The notes under the pieces: model-generated | Databases searched by the model: none | Seen by the model: the letters and a program-made list of their open reading frames with translations, nothing else | What the model was told of the DNA's origin: nothing | Part shown: positions 1-10,204 of the stretch, piece by piece | Layout: the number at the start of each line of letters is the position of its first letter | Position numbering within the stretch: position 1 is the stretch's first letter | Assembly: GCA_023623175.1 (NCBI GenBank) | Contig: JAMNXU010000010.1 | Location: 20,967-84,966 of the forward strand | Direction: 5' to 3' | DNA length: 64,000 nucleotides | DNA from: Bacillota bacterium | GTDB taxonomy: Bacteria; Bacillota; Clostridia; Acetivibrionales; JAMNXU01 | Translations under genes and position numbers: made by a program

Positions 1-1038
<1,038 letters not shown>

Positions 1039-1109
1039 TGGTATATTATTACCATAAATTATTTATTTTCTATTTTAAATTATTTGCTATTTAAAGGAGG
1101 ATTTTATTA

Positions 1110-1385
1110 ATGGATACAACGTTGGGAACCATTATCTATTTTATCGTCCTGATAGGACTTATGTATCTCATTCTTTTCCTTCCCCAGAGAAAAAGGGAAA
1201 AGAAGACGCGCGAAATGCTCAGTTCGCTCCAGGTCGGCAATGACATTATTACCATAGGAGGAATAACAGGCAGGATCATAAATATAAAGGACGACGACAT
1301 TACCATTGAAAGCGGCGTGGAAAAGACCAAGATCCTGATCAAGAGATGGGCCGTAAAGGAAGTAATTAAACCCGTCGAAGCATAG
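1110..1385 (+). CDS. yajC: preprotein translocase subunit YajC
   Basis: 91 aa with one N-terminal TM helix followed by LPQRKREKK...GGITGRI. AAAGGAGG RBS at 1093-1100. Classic tgt-yajC synteny. Confidence 0.9.
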   Translation: MDTTLGTIIYFIVLIGLMYLILFLPQRKREKKTREMLSSLQVGNDIITIGGITGRIINIKDDDITIESGVEKTKILIKRWAVKEVIKPVEA

Positions 1386-1420
1386 AAAACATGAAGCATG
1401 TAAATTAAGAACATACGAAA

Positions 1421-1449
1421 AGGACTGTTTCCTGAACAGTCTTTTTTTC
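1421..1449 (+). terminator. rho-independent terminator after yajC
   Basis: Stem gactgtt/aacagtc with a 5-nt loop, followed by a T7 run. Confidence 0.6.
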
Positions 1450-1570
1450 GTATACCGGGAAGGTTGTTACCGGCGAAGTCACTGTCCGGTTCTATTTGAA
1501 TGCTCCCTTTAATAAATTATAGTAGGCGGCATTTGCTGCCTGCCGGAATTTATTTCATGGGGGCGACCGT

Positions 1571-2011
1571 ATGAATAACAAACCGTTACTTAAAGCCGGA
1601 GTTTCGCTTAATGGCCGGTCAAGGCCCATATCCATACTGAAGGGCATTCTTGTTTCATACATCGTGCTGATACCGCTGTTCGCCCTGTTTGCACTGATAC
1701 TTACAAACATGGATTTTCCCGAGAAGTACATACCGACAGCCGTACTTGTTACAACCTCGATCAGTATTATCGTTGCCGGCTCCGCCGCCACCAGGGAAGT
1801 GAAAAGCCACGGATGGCTCAACGGCTGCATTATGGGAATCGTGTACATATTAATCCTGTATGTTTTAAGCAGCATTGTCCATCGTGATTTTTCGATAAGC
1901 AGGTACATGCTTTCGCTTTTGGGCCTCGGTGCGCTTTCCGGCGCCATCGGCGGAATAATAGGAATAAATTTAAAAAAGGGCAGCAAAACGAAATCGAAGG
2001 TTAAGAAATGA
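1571..2011 (+). CDS. small multi-pass membrane protein (resembles the TIGR04086-type membrane proteins found next to yajC in Clostridia)
   Basis: 146 aa with about 4 hydrophobic helices and a basic C-terminal tail (KKGSKTKSKVKK). The family assignment is from memory of its pattern and position only. Confidence 0.6.
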   Translation: MNNKPLLKAGVSLNGRSRPISILKGILVSYIVLIPLFALFALILTNMDFPEKYIPTAVLVTTSISIIVAGSAATREVKSHGWLNGCIMGIVYILILYVLSSIVHRDFSISRYMLSLLGLGALSGAIGGIIGINLKKGSKTKSKVKK

Positions 2012-2040
2012 TCGGGAACTGAACAAGGACAAATTTTTCC

Positions 2041-2069
2041 TTTTCAATGACGGTGCATTGTGATATAAT
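2041..2069 (+). promoter_or_regulatory. candidate sigma-A promoter for the SCIFF operon
   Basis: TTTTCA (2041-2046), 17-nt spacer, extended -10 TGaTATAAT (2061-2069). Confidence 0.35.
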
Positions 2070-2134
2070 CTCGTTGAAGTTGCCCGCGATTTTAAGCACG
2101 GGTCAGCAAGCAAATCATGACAGGAGGAACGGAA

Positions 2135-2275
2135 ATGAAACATATAAGAACCATTAACGGAGCAACATTGAAAAAATCGACAAGCAAGGGCGGATGCGGT
2201 GAGTGCCAGACATCCTGCCAGTCTGCGTGCAAAACTTCCTGCACCGTGGCAAATCAGAGCTGCGAAAAGAAATAA
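2135..2275 (+). CDS. scfA: six-cysteine peptide SCIFF (ranthipeptide precursor), 46 aa
   Basis: Not in the ORF track because it is under 60 aa. AGGAGG at 2122-2127 sits 7 nt before the ATG. Translation is MKHIRTINGATLKKSTSKGGCGECQTSCQSACKTSCTVANQSCEKK, with six Cys in the C-terminal half. It lies immediately upstream of a radical-SAM/SPASM gene. Confidence 0.85.
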   Translation: MKHIRTINGATLKKSTSKGGCGECQTSCQSACKTSCTVANQSCEKK

Positions 2276-2387
2276 GTTTGCCTGCCTGTAATAAAATTAC
2301 GGCAAGCTTGCGTTGAAGGTGGAAAGCGTATTGCTGCTTTTCACTTTTTTGATGTTTAATTTCAGGACAAGAATCGTGAGGGAAAAA

Positions 2388-3746
2388 ATGGTTCACAAAT
2401 TCAGAATGTTTGACACAAATATCGTGGTGGACGTGAACAGCGGCGCGGTGCATGTGTTTGACGACATAAGCTATGAAATCCTTGACTATTTTCAAGATTA
2501 TGACAGGGACGCGCTGGTGAGAAAGTTTTCAGACAGGTACGACGAAAAGGAAATAGGCGAAGCCTGTGACGAGATCGAAAAACTGGTCCAAAACGGCGAA
2601 CTCTTTTCTGAAGACGACTACGACGGGATCCTCCCGCTGGCCGAAGAACAGCCCGTTATCAAGGCTTTGTGCCTGCATATAGCCCATGACTGCAATTTAA
2701 GATGCAGGTATTGCTTTGCTTCCACGGGAAATTTCGGCGGCGACCGGTCGCTCATGAGTCCCGAAGTGGCGAAAAAAGCCGTGGATTTCGTGATTGCAGC
2801 CTCCAAAGGCAGAAAAAACATCGAAATTGACTTTTTCGGCGGCGAACCTCTCCTGAACTTTGAAACTGTTAAAGAAACGGTGGATTATGCTCGCCGGCGT
2901 GAAAAGGAAACTAACAAGAATTTCAGGTTTACGCTGACTACAAATGCTGTTCTTCTGAAGGACGAGCATATCCGCTATATTAATGAAAACATGCACAATA
3001 TAGTGCTGAGCATCGATGGCAGGGAAGACACCAATGACCGCATGAGAACCAGGGTTGACGGTTCAGGAACATACAGGGACATACTGCCGAAAATCAAAAA
3101 ACTGGCCGAGTCGAGGAACCAGGACAATTACTATGTCAGGGGCACATATACGAGGGAAAATCTTGATTTTTCCAATGATGTGCTGCATCTTGCAGACCTC
3201 GGATTTAAGCAGATTTCTTTAGAACCCGTGGTGGCAGCGGAAGGAACGGGCTATGAAATCAGGCGCGAGGACCTGCCATTCCTTTTTGAGCAGTATGAAA
3301 GGCTCGCGCGCGAGTATGTCGCGAGAAGGGAGCGCGGAGAATGGTTCAATTTCTTCCATTTCATGATAGACTTGAGCCAGGGACCGTGCGCCGTTAAGAG
3401 GATCAGGGGATGCGGCTCCGGTCACGAGTATGTCGCGGTAACTCCGCAGGGCGATATTTATCCATGCCACCAGTTTGTAGGCATTGAGAAGTTTAAAATG
3501 GGAGATGTGTACACCGGACTGCAAAACACGGAACTGCAGAAGCAGTTTGCGCGGTCCAACATTTACAGGAAGCCAAAATGCAGGGATTGCTGGGCAAAGT
3601 TTTACTGCAGCGGAGGTTGTGCCGCCAATGCATGGCAGTTCAACAACGACATAAACATTCCCTACGACATAGGCTGTGAACTTGAAAAGAAAAGGGTCGA
3701 ATGCGCGCTCTGGATAAGAGTTGCGGAAAGCATGCGCTCTGAGTAA
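2388..3746 (+). CDS. scfB: radical SAM/SPASM thioether-forming SCIFF maturase
   Basis: CNLRCRYC (CX3CX2C) radical-SAM cluster motif. C-terminal Cys clusters (GCGSG..., CRDCWAKFYCSGGC) are typical of SPASM domains. Start moved to ATG 2388 behind GAGGGA; the upstream 25 codons look non-coding. Confidence 0.9.
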   Translation: MVHKFRMFDTNIVVDVNSGAVHVFDDISYEILDYFQDYDRDALVRKFSDRYDEKEIGEACDEIEKLVQNGELFSEDDYDGILPLAEEQPVIKALCLHIAHDCNLRCRYCFASTGNFGGDRSLMSPEVAKKAVDFVIAASKGRKNIEIDFFGGEPLLNFETVKETVDYARRREKETNKNFRFTLTTNAVLLKDEHIRYINENMHNIVLSIDGREDTNDRMRTRVDGSGTYRDILPKIKKLAESRNQDNYYVRGTYTRENLDFSNDVLHLADLGFKQISLEPVVAAEGTGYEIRREDLPFLFEQYERLAREYVARRERGEWFNFFHFMIDLSQGPCAVKRIRGCGSGHEYVAVTPQGDIYPCHQFVGIEKFKMGDVYTGLQNTELQKQFARSNIYRKPKCRDCWAKFYCSGGCAANAWQFNNDINIPYDIGCELEKKRVECALWIRVAESMRSE

Positions 3747-3806
3747 TTATTGAGTAATTATAAAAACAAATGACATGGATATTATACTATTGTGGAGGTA
3801 TATCCA

Positions 3807-4472
3807 GTGCGTCTTATAACATTGGAAGATGTCAGGAAAAACCCGGAAGTTCAAAATTTCCTGGAAATAGCGGAGAAGCAGCTTTCCGTAAGAGGGTACA
3901 CCGAGCATTATTACCGCCATGTTTCGCTTGTGGCAAAAAACGCCGGGGAGATTCTCATATCGTTGAATCACGGCGAAAGGGAGGTTGAACTGGCAAGGAT
4001 CGCCGGGTATCTCCACGATATAGGCAATGCGGTGAATCGCGTCGATCATGCCCATACGGGAGCAGTCATGGCTTACAACCTGCTTGTCAAAATGGGAATG
4101 CCCTTTGAAGAGGCAGGGGAAATAATGATGGCGATCGGCAATCACGACGAGGGCAGCGGCGCGCCGGTGAGTAATATCTCCGCCGCGCTTATCCTGGCGG
4201 ACAAGTCCGACGTCCACCGTTCAAGGGTGCGAAATGCCGACTTTTCGACCTTTGACATACATGACCGCGTTAATTATGCCGTGGAAAAATCAAGGATTTA
4301 CGTGGACAATGAAAACAATGCGGCGGTTCTTTCCCTGGAAATAGACACCGAGATCTGTCCCGTAATGGACTATTTTGAGATTTTCCTCGGCCGGATGACG
4401 ATGAACAGGAAGGCGGCCGAGTACCTCGGCATGAAGTTTCACCTGATTATCAACGGCACGAGACTGTTGTGA
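3807..4472 (+). CDS. HD/HDIG-domain metal-dependent phosphohydrolase
   Basis: Contains GYLHDIGN and GNHDE motifs. GTG 3807 sits 8 nt after GGAGG (3794-3798); the track start at 3792 overlaps that RBS. Confidence 0.8.
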   Translation: MRLITLEDVRKNPEVQNFLEIAEKQLSVRGYTEHYYRHVSLVAKNAGEILISLNHGEREVELARIAGYLHDIGNAVNRVDHAHTGAVMAYNLLVKMGMPFEEAGEIMMAIGNHDEGSGAPVSNISAALILADKSDVHRSRVRNADFSTFDIHDRVNYAVEKSRIYVDNENNAAVLSLEIDTEICPVMDYFEIFLGRMTMNRKAAEYLGMKFHLIINGTRLL

Positions 4473-4542
4473 AAAGGAATTGCATATGAAAAAGTGATGC
4501 AATATGCAAAAAGGATACAATAGGAAGAAGAGGCTATATTTA

Positions 4543-4572
4543 TTGACGCATTCTGTCCGAAAGATATATAAT
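4543..4572 (+). promoter_or_regulatory. candidate sigma-A promoter for secDF
   Basis: TTGACG (4543-4548), 18-nt spacer, TATAAT (4567-4572). Confidence 0.45.
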
Positions 4573-4608
4573 ATCTGCATATGGACAAGCCAAAGGAGGA
4601 ATTGACCG

Positions 4609-5916
4609 ATGAAACCAAGGGATATAACAAAAGTGGCCATAATTCTGCTGATAATTGCGGTTTCATGCTATATAGCGCTGAACAGCAGAATATTCGGCTA
4701 CGATATACCGGGAGTAAGGGAAATAAACCTTGGTATAGATATTAAGGGCGGGGTAAGCGCTATACTTGAAGGGACAAGACCCGACGGAAGCAAACCCTCT
4801 GCCGACGAGCTCGATTCGGCGAAGGCTAAGATCGACACAAGACTTACAAGCCAGGGACTGACGGACAAGTACCTGTCCGTGGACTACGCGAATGCACGTA
4901 TTATTGTGCAAATACCCTGGAAGTCAACGGAGAAGGACTTCAATCCCCAGAAAACCATTGAAGAAGCCATAGAAACGGCTTTGCTGACTTTCCGCGAAGT
5001 CGACGAGGATAAAGTTGATGAGTTTGGCAGATACCTTCCCCTGGATGACAAGATAATTATCCAGGGCGACGATATAAAGAACGCTAAACCCCAGTTCAGG
5101 CCGGACAGGGGTACATACGACGTTGTTCTGGAGTTCAGCAGCGAAGGAGCCGAGAAATTCTCGGAGGCCACAAAGAGGCTCGTGGGCAAGCCCATAGCCA
5201 TTTTTATGGATGAAACGCTGATTTCGGCTCCCATTGTCCAGTCCCACATTACCACTTCCTCGGCAGTGATCGAGATGAACAATACGGGAAAAGACGCTGC
5301 CAGGGAGGCAAAGGATCTGGCAGACAAAATCAGGAGCGGAGCCCTTCCCATCAAGCTGACCCCGCTCCAGGTGAATTCGGTGAGCCCGAAACTCGGAATG
5401 AATGCCCTCGAAAAGACCGTATATGCCGGAGTTGTTGCGCTCGCGCTTGTATGGCTTTTCCTGCTGATTGTTTACAGGCTTCCGGGCATTATAGCCAACC
5501 TTGGACTTCTGGCGAATGTCGTGTTCACGCTCCTGGCACTCGCGTGGATTCCGTTTACAAACCTCACGCTGCCGGGTATTGCCGGAGTGATTCTCAGTTT
5601 TGGTATGGCCGTGGATGCCAATGTCATTATTTTTGAGCGAATCAAGGAGGAACTGAGAAGCGGCAAGACGCTTCGGACCTCGATTGAGCTCGGCTTTGAC
5701 AGGGCATTTGCCTCAATTCTCGACGGAAACGTTACTGTGGTCATATCAGCCGTCGTGTTATGGATTTTCGGATCCGATACAATAAAAGGCTTTGCATACA
5801 CGCTGGGTCTCGGAGTTGTGCTCAGCTTCCTGACCGCCGTAACTATTTCCAAGATTCTCATATCCTCATTATCACAGTCGGCATTATTCAAGAAACGCTG
5901 GCTGTATGGAGCTTAG
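4609..5916 (+). CDS. secD: protein translocase subunit SecD
   Basis: 435 aa with an N-terminal TM helix, a large periplasmic-type domain and a C-terminal 5-TM bundle (GIAGVILSFGMAVDANVIIFERIKEE). AAAGGAGG RBS. Confidence 0.95.
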   Translation: MKPRDITKVAIILLIIAVSCYIALNSRIFGYDIPGVREINLGIDIKGGVSAILEGTRPDGSKPSADELDSAKAKIDTRLTSQGLTDKYLSVDYANARIIVQIPWKSTEKDFNPQKTIEEAIETALLTFREVDEDKVDEFGRYLPLDDKIIIQGDDIKNAKPQFRPDRGTYDVVLEFSSEGAEKFSEATKRLVGKPIAIFMDETLISAPIVQSHITTSSAVIEMNNTGKDAAREAKDLADKIRSGALPIKLTPLQVNSVSPKLGMNALEKTVYAGVVALALVWLFLLIVYRLPGIIANLGLLANVVFTLLALAWIPFTNLTLPGIAGVILSFGMAVDANVIIFERIKEELRSGKTLRTSIELGFDRAFASILDGNVTVVISAVVLWIFGSDTIKGFAYTLGLGVVLSFLTAVTISKILISSLSQSALFKKRWLYGA

Positions 5917-5926
5917 GAGGGCCGCC

Positions 5927-6874
5927 ATGTTTGATATAATCGGAAAAAGAAAGTGGTTTTTTGCAATATCAATCACAATCATGGTAATAGGCATTATCGG
6001 TTATTTTGTATTCGATGGCTTCAAGCTCGATATCCAGTTCCAGGGCGGGACAATTTTTGAAATTGAAATGCAGGATGACAACTTCGACGAAGAGCGCGCG
6101 GAAGAAATCGTAAGAGAAACCCTGGGCAAAATTGCTACGGGTATGAAATCCCGCGCACTCAGCGCAGGAAATTCGGGGGAGGATATTCACCTTCTGACGT
6201 TGAACATAGCAGATCCACTGACGAGCGAAGAACAGGACAAATTAATGGAAGCGTTACGCAAGGAGTTCAATATCAGTGACGATGCCCAGATGAATATAAG
6301 CAACGTGGAACCGACAATTGGTGGAGAACAGCTCCGAAAGGGCATACAGGCAATTTTCATTACGCTGTTCCTTATTATCTGCTACATTGCCGTAAGGTTC
6401 CGCGTCATGCATGGATGGTCCTCGGGTTTAATTGCCGTTGTGGCCCTGCTGCACGACGTCATGGTCATGCTCATCGTGTACATCATATTCAGGATTCCGC
6501 TCAATGATTCTTTTGTTGCAGGTATTCTGACCATACTGGGTTATTCGTTAAACGACACGGTTATCATTTATGACCGCATCAGGGAAAACACCAAGCTGAT
6601 GCACAAGGTAAGTTACAAGGAACTGGTCAACACGAGCATAGTCCAGACGCTGTCAAGAACCCTAAATACCACCGCAATTACCCTGATGTCCGTTATTGTA
6701 CTGTTCGTGTTCTCGGTTTATTACGGCATCGAGTCGATCACAGAGTTTGCGTTTCCTCTTATGATGGGAATTATAAGCGGTACCTATTCATCCATATGTA
6801 TTTGCGGACCCCTTTGGGTCATGTGGAGGGAACTGCAGCAGAGGAAACTTGCGAAGAAAGCTTCAAAGGCTTGA
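5927..6874 (+). CDS. secF: protein translocase subunit SecF
   Basis: Contains LGYSLNDTVIIYDRIREN and a C-terminal TM bundle. ATG 5927 follows AGGAGG (5913-5918). Confidence 0.95.
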   Translation: MFDIIGKRKWFFAISITIMVIGIIGYFVFDGFKLDIQFQGGTIFEIEMQDDNFDEERAEEIVRETLGKIATGMKSRALSAGNSGEDIHLLTLNIADPLTSEEQDKLMEALRKEFNISDDAQMNISNVEPTIGGEQLRKGIQAIFITLFLIICYIAVRFRVMHGWSSGLIAVVALLHDVMVMLIVYIIFRIPLNDSFVAGILTILGYSLNDTVIIYDRIRENTKLMHKVSYKELVNTSIVQTLSRTLNTTAITLMSVIVLFVFSVYYGIESITEFAFPLMMGIISGTYSSICICGPLWVMWRELQQRKLAKKASKA

Positions 6875-6910
6875 TTTTAAAGGCCAGGAACAGAAAGGTC
6901 ATATGTACCG

Positions 6911-6941
6911 AAAAACGTGCCCGTTTGTGGCACGTTTTTTA
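6911..6941 (+). terminator. rho-independent terminator after secF
   Basis: Stem aacgtgcc/ggcacgtt followed by a T6 run. Confidence 0.6.
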
Positions 6942-7127
6942 TGTTCCCGGATCTTATGAATTTGGATTTTTGCGGTATTGTTTCATTTCACCCAACGATT
7001 GCTGCGCCGGTAATTGATCCTGCTGAATACTGATTATGCGAGTAGTGGTATGCTGAACATGGTTTCCTAATACTGAACCTGCCCAAAATTGTCCTGGTGA
7101 ATTGTTCCTTCCTTAAAATAAATGCAA

Positions 7128-7397
7128 TCAGTTCCTTCTTAAAACGAAATCTATGACAAGTCCGCCTATTATAGCTTCCGCCAGAACTGTAACACTGTTT
7201 TTGACGATAGAAATGCCGACAAAGTTTTTATATGAATCATAACCGGTATAATGGTTTAACAGTATAACCAGGCAGCCCGCGATCATTAAAGCCAGGGAAA
7301 TGCGCACGCCGTACTTGATAATTGCTCTTGGGAGTCGGTCCATTTCTCTCAGCGATGATTCCAGGATATTCAATGTTTTCCGTGCGTTTGTCTGCAT
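7128..7397 (-). CDS. hypothetical small membrane protein (89 aa, 2 TM)
   Basis: ORF with two clear hydrophobic helices and a GGAGAG/AAGGGGG purine tract upstream. I recognise no family. Confidence 0.45.
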   Translation of the reverse strand: MQTNARKTLNILESSLREMDRLPRAIIKYGVRISLALMIAGCLVILLNHYTGYDSYKNFVGISIVKNSVTVLAEAIIGGLVIDFVLRRN

Positions 7398-7619
7398 GAG
7401 CTCTCCAAAACCCCCTTTACTGCTAAATAACGTTATATTATGTTAACACAGAAGTTCACAGGTTTCAATACATAATCTTTTCCTGCATACCGGGTGGTAT
7501 ATAAAGACAAATTCTGAATACATATTCAGACATGTTTTGAATGGTAGATTAAAAAATATCTTAGCTGGCATAATAATACAAAACTAGAAATATAATTATT
7601 TTGTCATAAAAATTTATTC

Positions 7620-7671
7620 TTCGACATTTATCAATGATATACGCCCCGGCATTGCGCCCGCAAATGTCGAA
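7620..7671. promoter_or_regulatory. 10-bp inverted repeat carrying two opposed Spo0A-box heptamers
   Basis: ttcgacattt (7620-7629) and aaatgtcgaa (7662-7671). Each arm contains TGTCGAA, the 0A-box consensus. Located in the divergent intergenic region. Confidence 0.3.
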
Positions 7672-7770
7672 AACGCAGCCCGTGTAGGGTTTTTGGGCGA
7701 AACTTTTTTCTTAAGTTTTTCAGCTCATTATAATATAATAACCTTGGTATTTTTGGAAGGGGGATGCGCG

Positions 7771-8070
7771 ATGATGAAAAAATACCTTGCCCACAGCGTA
7801 GAGCTGTCGCAAAACGCCGAAATGCAGGATGACTGTTTTGTGCTTGAATATTATGTCACGGAAAGCCCATGCCAGTTTGAAGAGGCCGCGGACAGGTGCA
7901 TTTACGGCCTTGAGGTGGTAAAACGACACGGAAACACGGTGGAAAACTCCAGCGTTCAGGATTATTCTCTGTACAAGGATCAGGCGGTTGTTCTCGCACA
8001 AAAACTTTGCAGCAACAGGGTGACACCCGTGGGATTGCTGGATGTTGTAAGCGACCTGATAGGAGTATAA
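7771..8070 (+). CDS. hypothetical small cytoplasmic protein (99 aa)
   Basis: ATGATG at 7771 sits 6-7 nt after GGAAGGGGG. A terminator follows. The upstream part of the track ORF looks non-coding. Confidence 0.55.
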   Translation: MMKKYLAHSVELSQNAEMQDDCFVLEYYVTESPCQFEEAADRCIYGLEVVKRHGNTVENSSVQDYSLYKDQAVVLAQKLCSNRVTPVGLLDVVSDLIGV

Positions 8071-8160
8071 AGCAATACTGTTTATGAGGCTTATTTAAAT
8101 AAATAGAACTATTCTGATTTAATTATGTAAATTGACGTATATCGTTTATTTACTTCAATA

Positions 8161-8190
8161 AAACTCCATTGTCCCAATGGAGTTTTTTCA
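8161..8190 (+). terminator. rho-independent terminator
   Basis: Perfect 10-bp stem aaactccatt/aatggagttt with a 5-nt loop and a T-run. Confidence 0.65.
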
Positions 8191-8374
8191 TTAAAATGCA
8201 TTATGTAAAGAAGGAAAAATTGATGGGATTGTAGAATATAAACTGAGTTTATTGCGCCCCGTAACAGGGAAAATGTATTATAGCGAAAAGAAGGAATATC
8301 GGTAAATTTGTCGAACATTGAGTATAGAATAAGGCATGAACGGAGGTATACAAAGAGAGAAAAGGACAGGTTAA

Positions 8375-10177
8375 ATGAGCAAACATATTCCTGAGGAAAT
8401 AATAGAAGAAATACGCTTGAGCAATGATATCGTTGAAGTAGTCAGCGAATATGTCCGTCTTGAGCAGAAGGGAAGGTTGTACTTCGGCCTGTGTCCGTTT
8501 CACAAGGAAAAGACCCCGTCGTTTTCGGTGACGCCTTCCATGCAGATATTCAAATGTTTTGGTTGCGGAAAAGGCGGAAACGTGATCCATTTTATATCCG
8601 CCATTGAAAATCTGGACTTTATCGAAGCAGTGAAGTTTCTGGCGGACAGGGCAAAAATCCAGATTCCTGAAGGTGACGACAAAAAAGAAAAAGACAGAGC
8701 AAGGCTCAGGTCGAAAATCTTGCAGATAAACAGGGAAGCAGCGCGTTTTTTTTTCGATATGCTGCATTCGCAGGCAGGAAACAGGGCTTTGCGCTACCTG
8801 GCCGAAAGGGGTATTGAAGAAAAAACGATCCGTCGTTTCGGGCTGGGTTATTCGCCGCCGGAATGGGACGCGCTGTACAATCACCTCCGGGAAAAGGGCT
8901 ATGATCCGGAAATAATCGCAAAGAGCGGACTTATACTGCCGGGTAAAAAAGGCGGATATTACGACAGGTTCAGGGACAGGATAATTTTTCCCATATTTGA
9001 TGTGCGCTCGAATATAATAGGCTTTGGCGGAAGAGTCCTGGATTCGTCATTGCCGAAATATATAAATTCGCCGGAAACGGAGGCATATCAGAAGGGAAGA
9101 AACCTGTACGCACTGAATTTTGCAAAAAATTCCTCCCAAAAGAGCGTGCTCGTGGTCGAGGGATACATGGATGTTATATCTCTGCACCAGGGAGGAATAA
9201 TAAATGCTGTGGCGTCGCTGGGAACAGCGCTCACGGAAAACCAGGGACGATTGTTGAAAAAATATTTCGACGAGATTATAATTTGTTATGATTCTGACAC
9301 AGCAGGAAAATCCGCGACAATCCGCGGGCTAGATCTGCTGAGTGAACTTGGATGCAATGTAAGGGTGATGACAATACCCGAGGGCAAGGATCCCGATGAT
9401 TTTATAAGGAATAACGGCACGGAAGCTTTCTTAAAGCTTATGGACCGTGCTGACTCGCTTATCGAGTACAAGGTAAAGCTTCTGAAAAACGAGATTGACA
9501 CAACGACGATTGAAGGAAAAGTCGCATTCATTGGGAAAATTGCCGACCTGCTTGCCAGGGTAGGCAACAGGGTGCAGATGGAAATGTATATAAAAAAGCT
9601 GTCAGCTGAATATGAAGTATCAGAGGAGGCTGTTTACTCTGAAATACTGAAAAGGCTCGACAGCGGCAACAGGATGAAGCCTGTTCTGCAGGTTCCGAAG
9701 GAGGAACGTGCATTGCATGCAGGCGGACAAACCACGGGCGTTTCCGGGGAAGACCGGCTATTGGAACTTGAAAGGATACTGGTATGCCTGTTATGTATAG
9801 ACAATAATATATACAAGCATATTAAGGATATAATCAGAATGCCGGGATTTTTCTCGGATGAAACGGCGCCGCTGGCTCAAAAGGCAGCGGAAAGGATTGA
9901 AGAAGGCAGGGGTTTGGTTCCGGCCGAGCTGCTTAATTTTCTCGACGGTAAAAATGCGGCGGCGTTTTCCGAAATACTTGAAAAAGAATGCAATTTTGAG
10001 GATAACCTCAAGGCTGCAATGGATATAATTAAAAAAATGGAGATTATTAAGCTTGACAAAAGGAAGCAGGAAATTCTTAAAATGCTTGGAGATAAAAACA
10101 GTACTAAAGAAAGGGATGTTGTAAAATTAACACAGGAATTAAACGCTCTGATATTAAGGAGAAAAAAGCTCAATTAA
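8375..10177 (+). CDS. dnaG: DNA primase
   Basis: Zinc ribbon CPFHKEKTPSF...CFGCGKGG, TOPRIM block VVEGYMDVISL, and a C-terminal helical domain. Immediately upstream of sigA. Confidence 0.95.
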   Translation: MSKHIPEEIIEEIRLSNDIVEVVSEYVRLEQKGRLYFGLCPFHKEKTPSFSVTPSMQIFKCFGCGKGGNVIHFISAIENLDFIEAVKFLADRAKIQIPEGDDKKEKDRARLRSKILQINREAARFFFDMLHSQAGNRALRYLAERGIEEKTIRRFGLGYSPPEWDALYNHLREKGYDPEIIAKSGLILPGKKGGYYDRFRDRIIFPIFDVRSNIIGFGGRVLDSSLPKYINSPETEAYQKGRNLYALNFAKNSSQKSVLVVEGYMDVISLHQGGIINAVASLGTALTENQGRLLKKYFDEIIICYDSDTAGKSATIRGLDLLSELGCNVRVMTIPEGKDPDDFIRNNGTEAFLKLMDRADSLIEYKVKLLKNEIDTTTIEGKVAFIGKIADLLARVGNRVQMEMYIKKLSAEYEVSEEAVYSEILKRLDSGNRMKPVLQVPKEERALHAGGQTTGVSGEDRLLELERILVCLLCIDNNIYKHIKDIIRMPGFFSDETAPLAQKAAERIEEGRGLVPAELLNFLDGKNAAAFSEILEKECNFEDNLKAAMDIIKKMEIIKLDKRKQEILKMLGDKNSTKERDVVKLTQELNALILRRKKLN

Positions 10178-10204
10178 TTCGCGTGGGAGAAGGGAGGGTA
10201 TGTT

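Noticed and set aside
3747-4217. 156-aa minus-strand ORF and 72-aa plus-strand ORF overlapping the HD-domain gene.
   Set aside because: The HD gene has HDIG motifs and an RBS. The overlapping frames have none and show shadow-ORF composition.
8309-8315. Single Spo0A-box heptamer TGTCGAA upstream of dnaG; further copies occur inside pdp (40863-40869) and, as the reverse complement TTCGACA, inside ispH-S1 (about 61998-62004).
   Set aside because: Isolated 7-mers occur by chance at this frequency. Only the paired inverted copies at 7620-7671 were kept as a finding.
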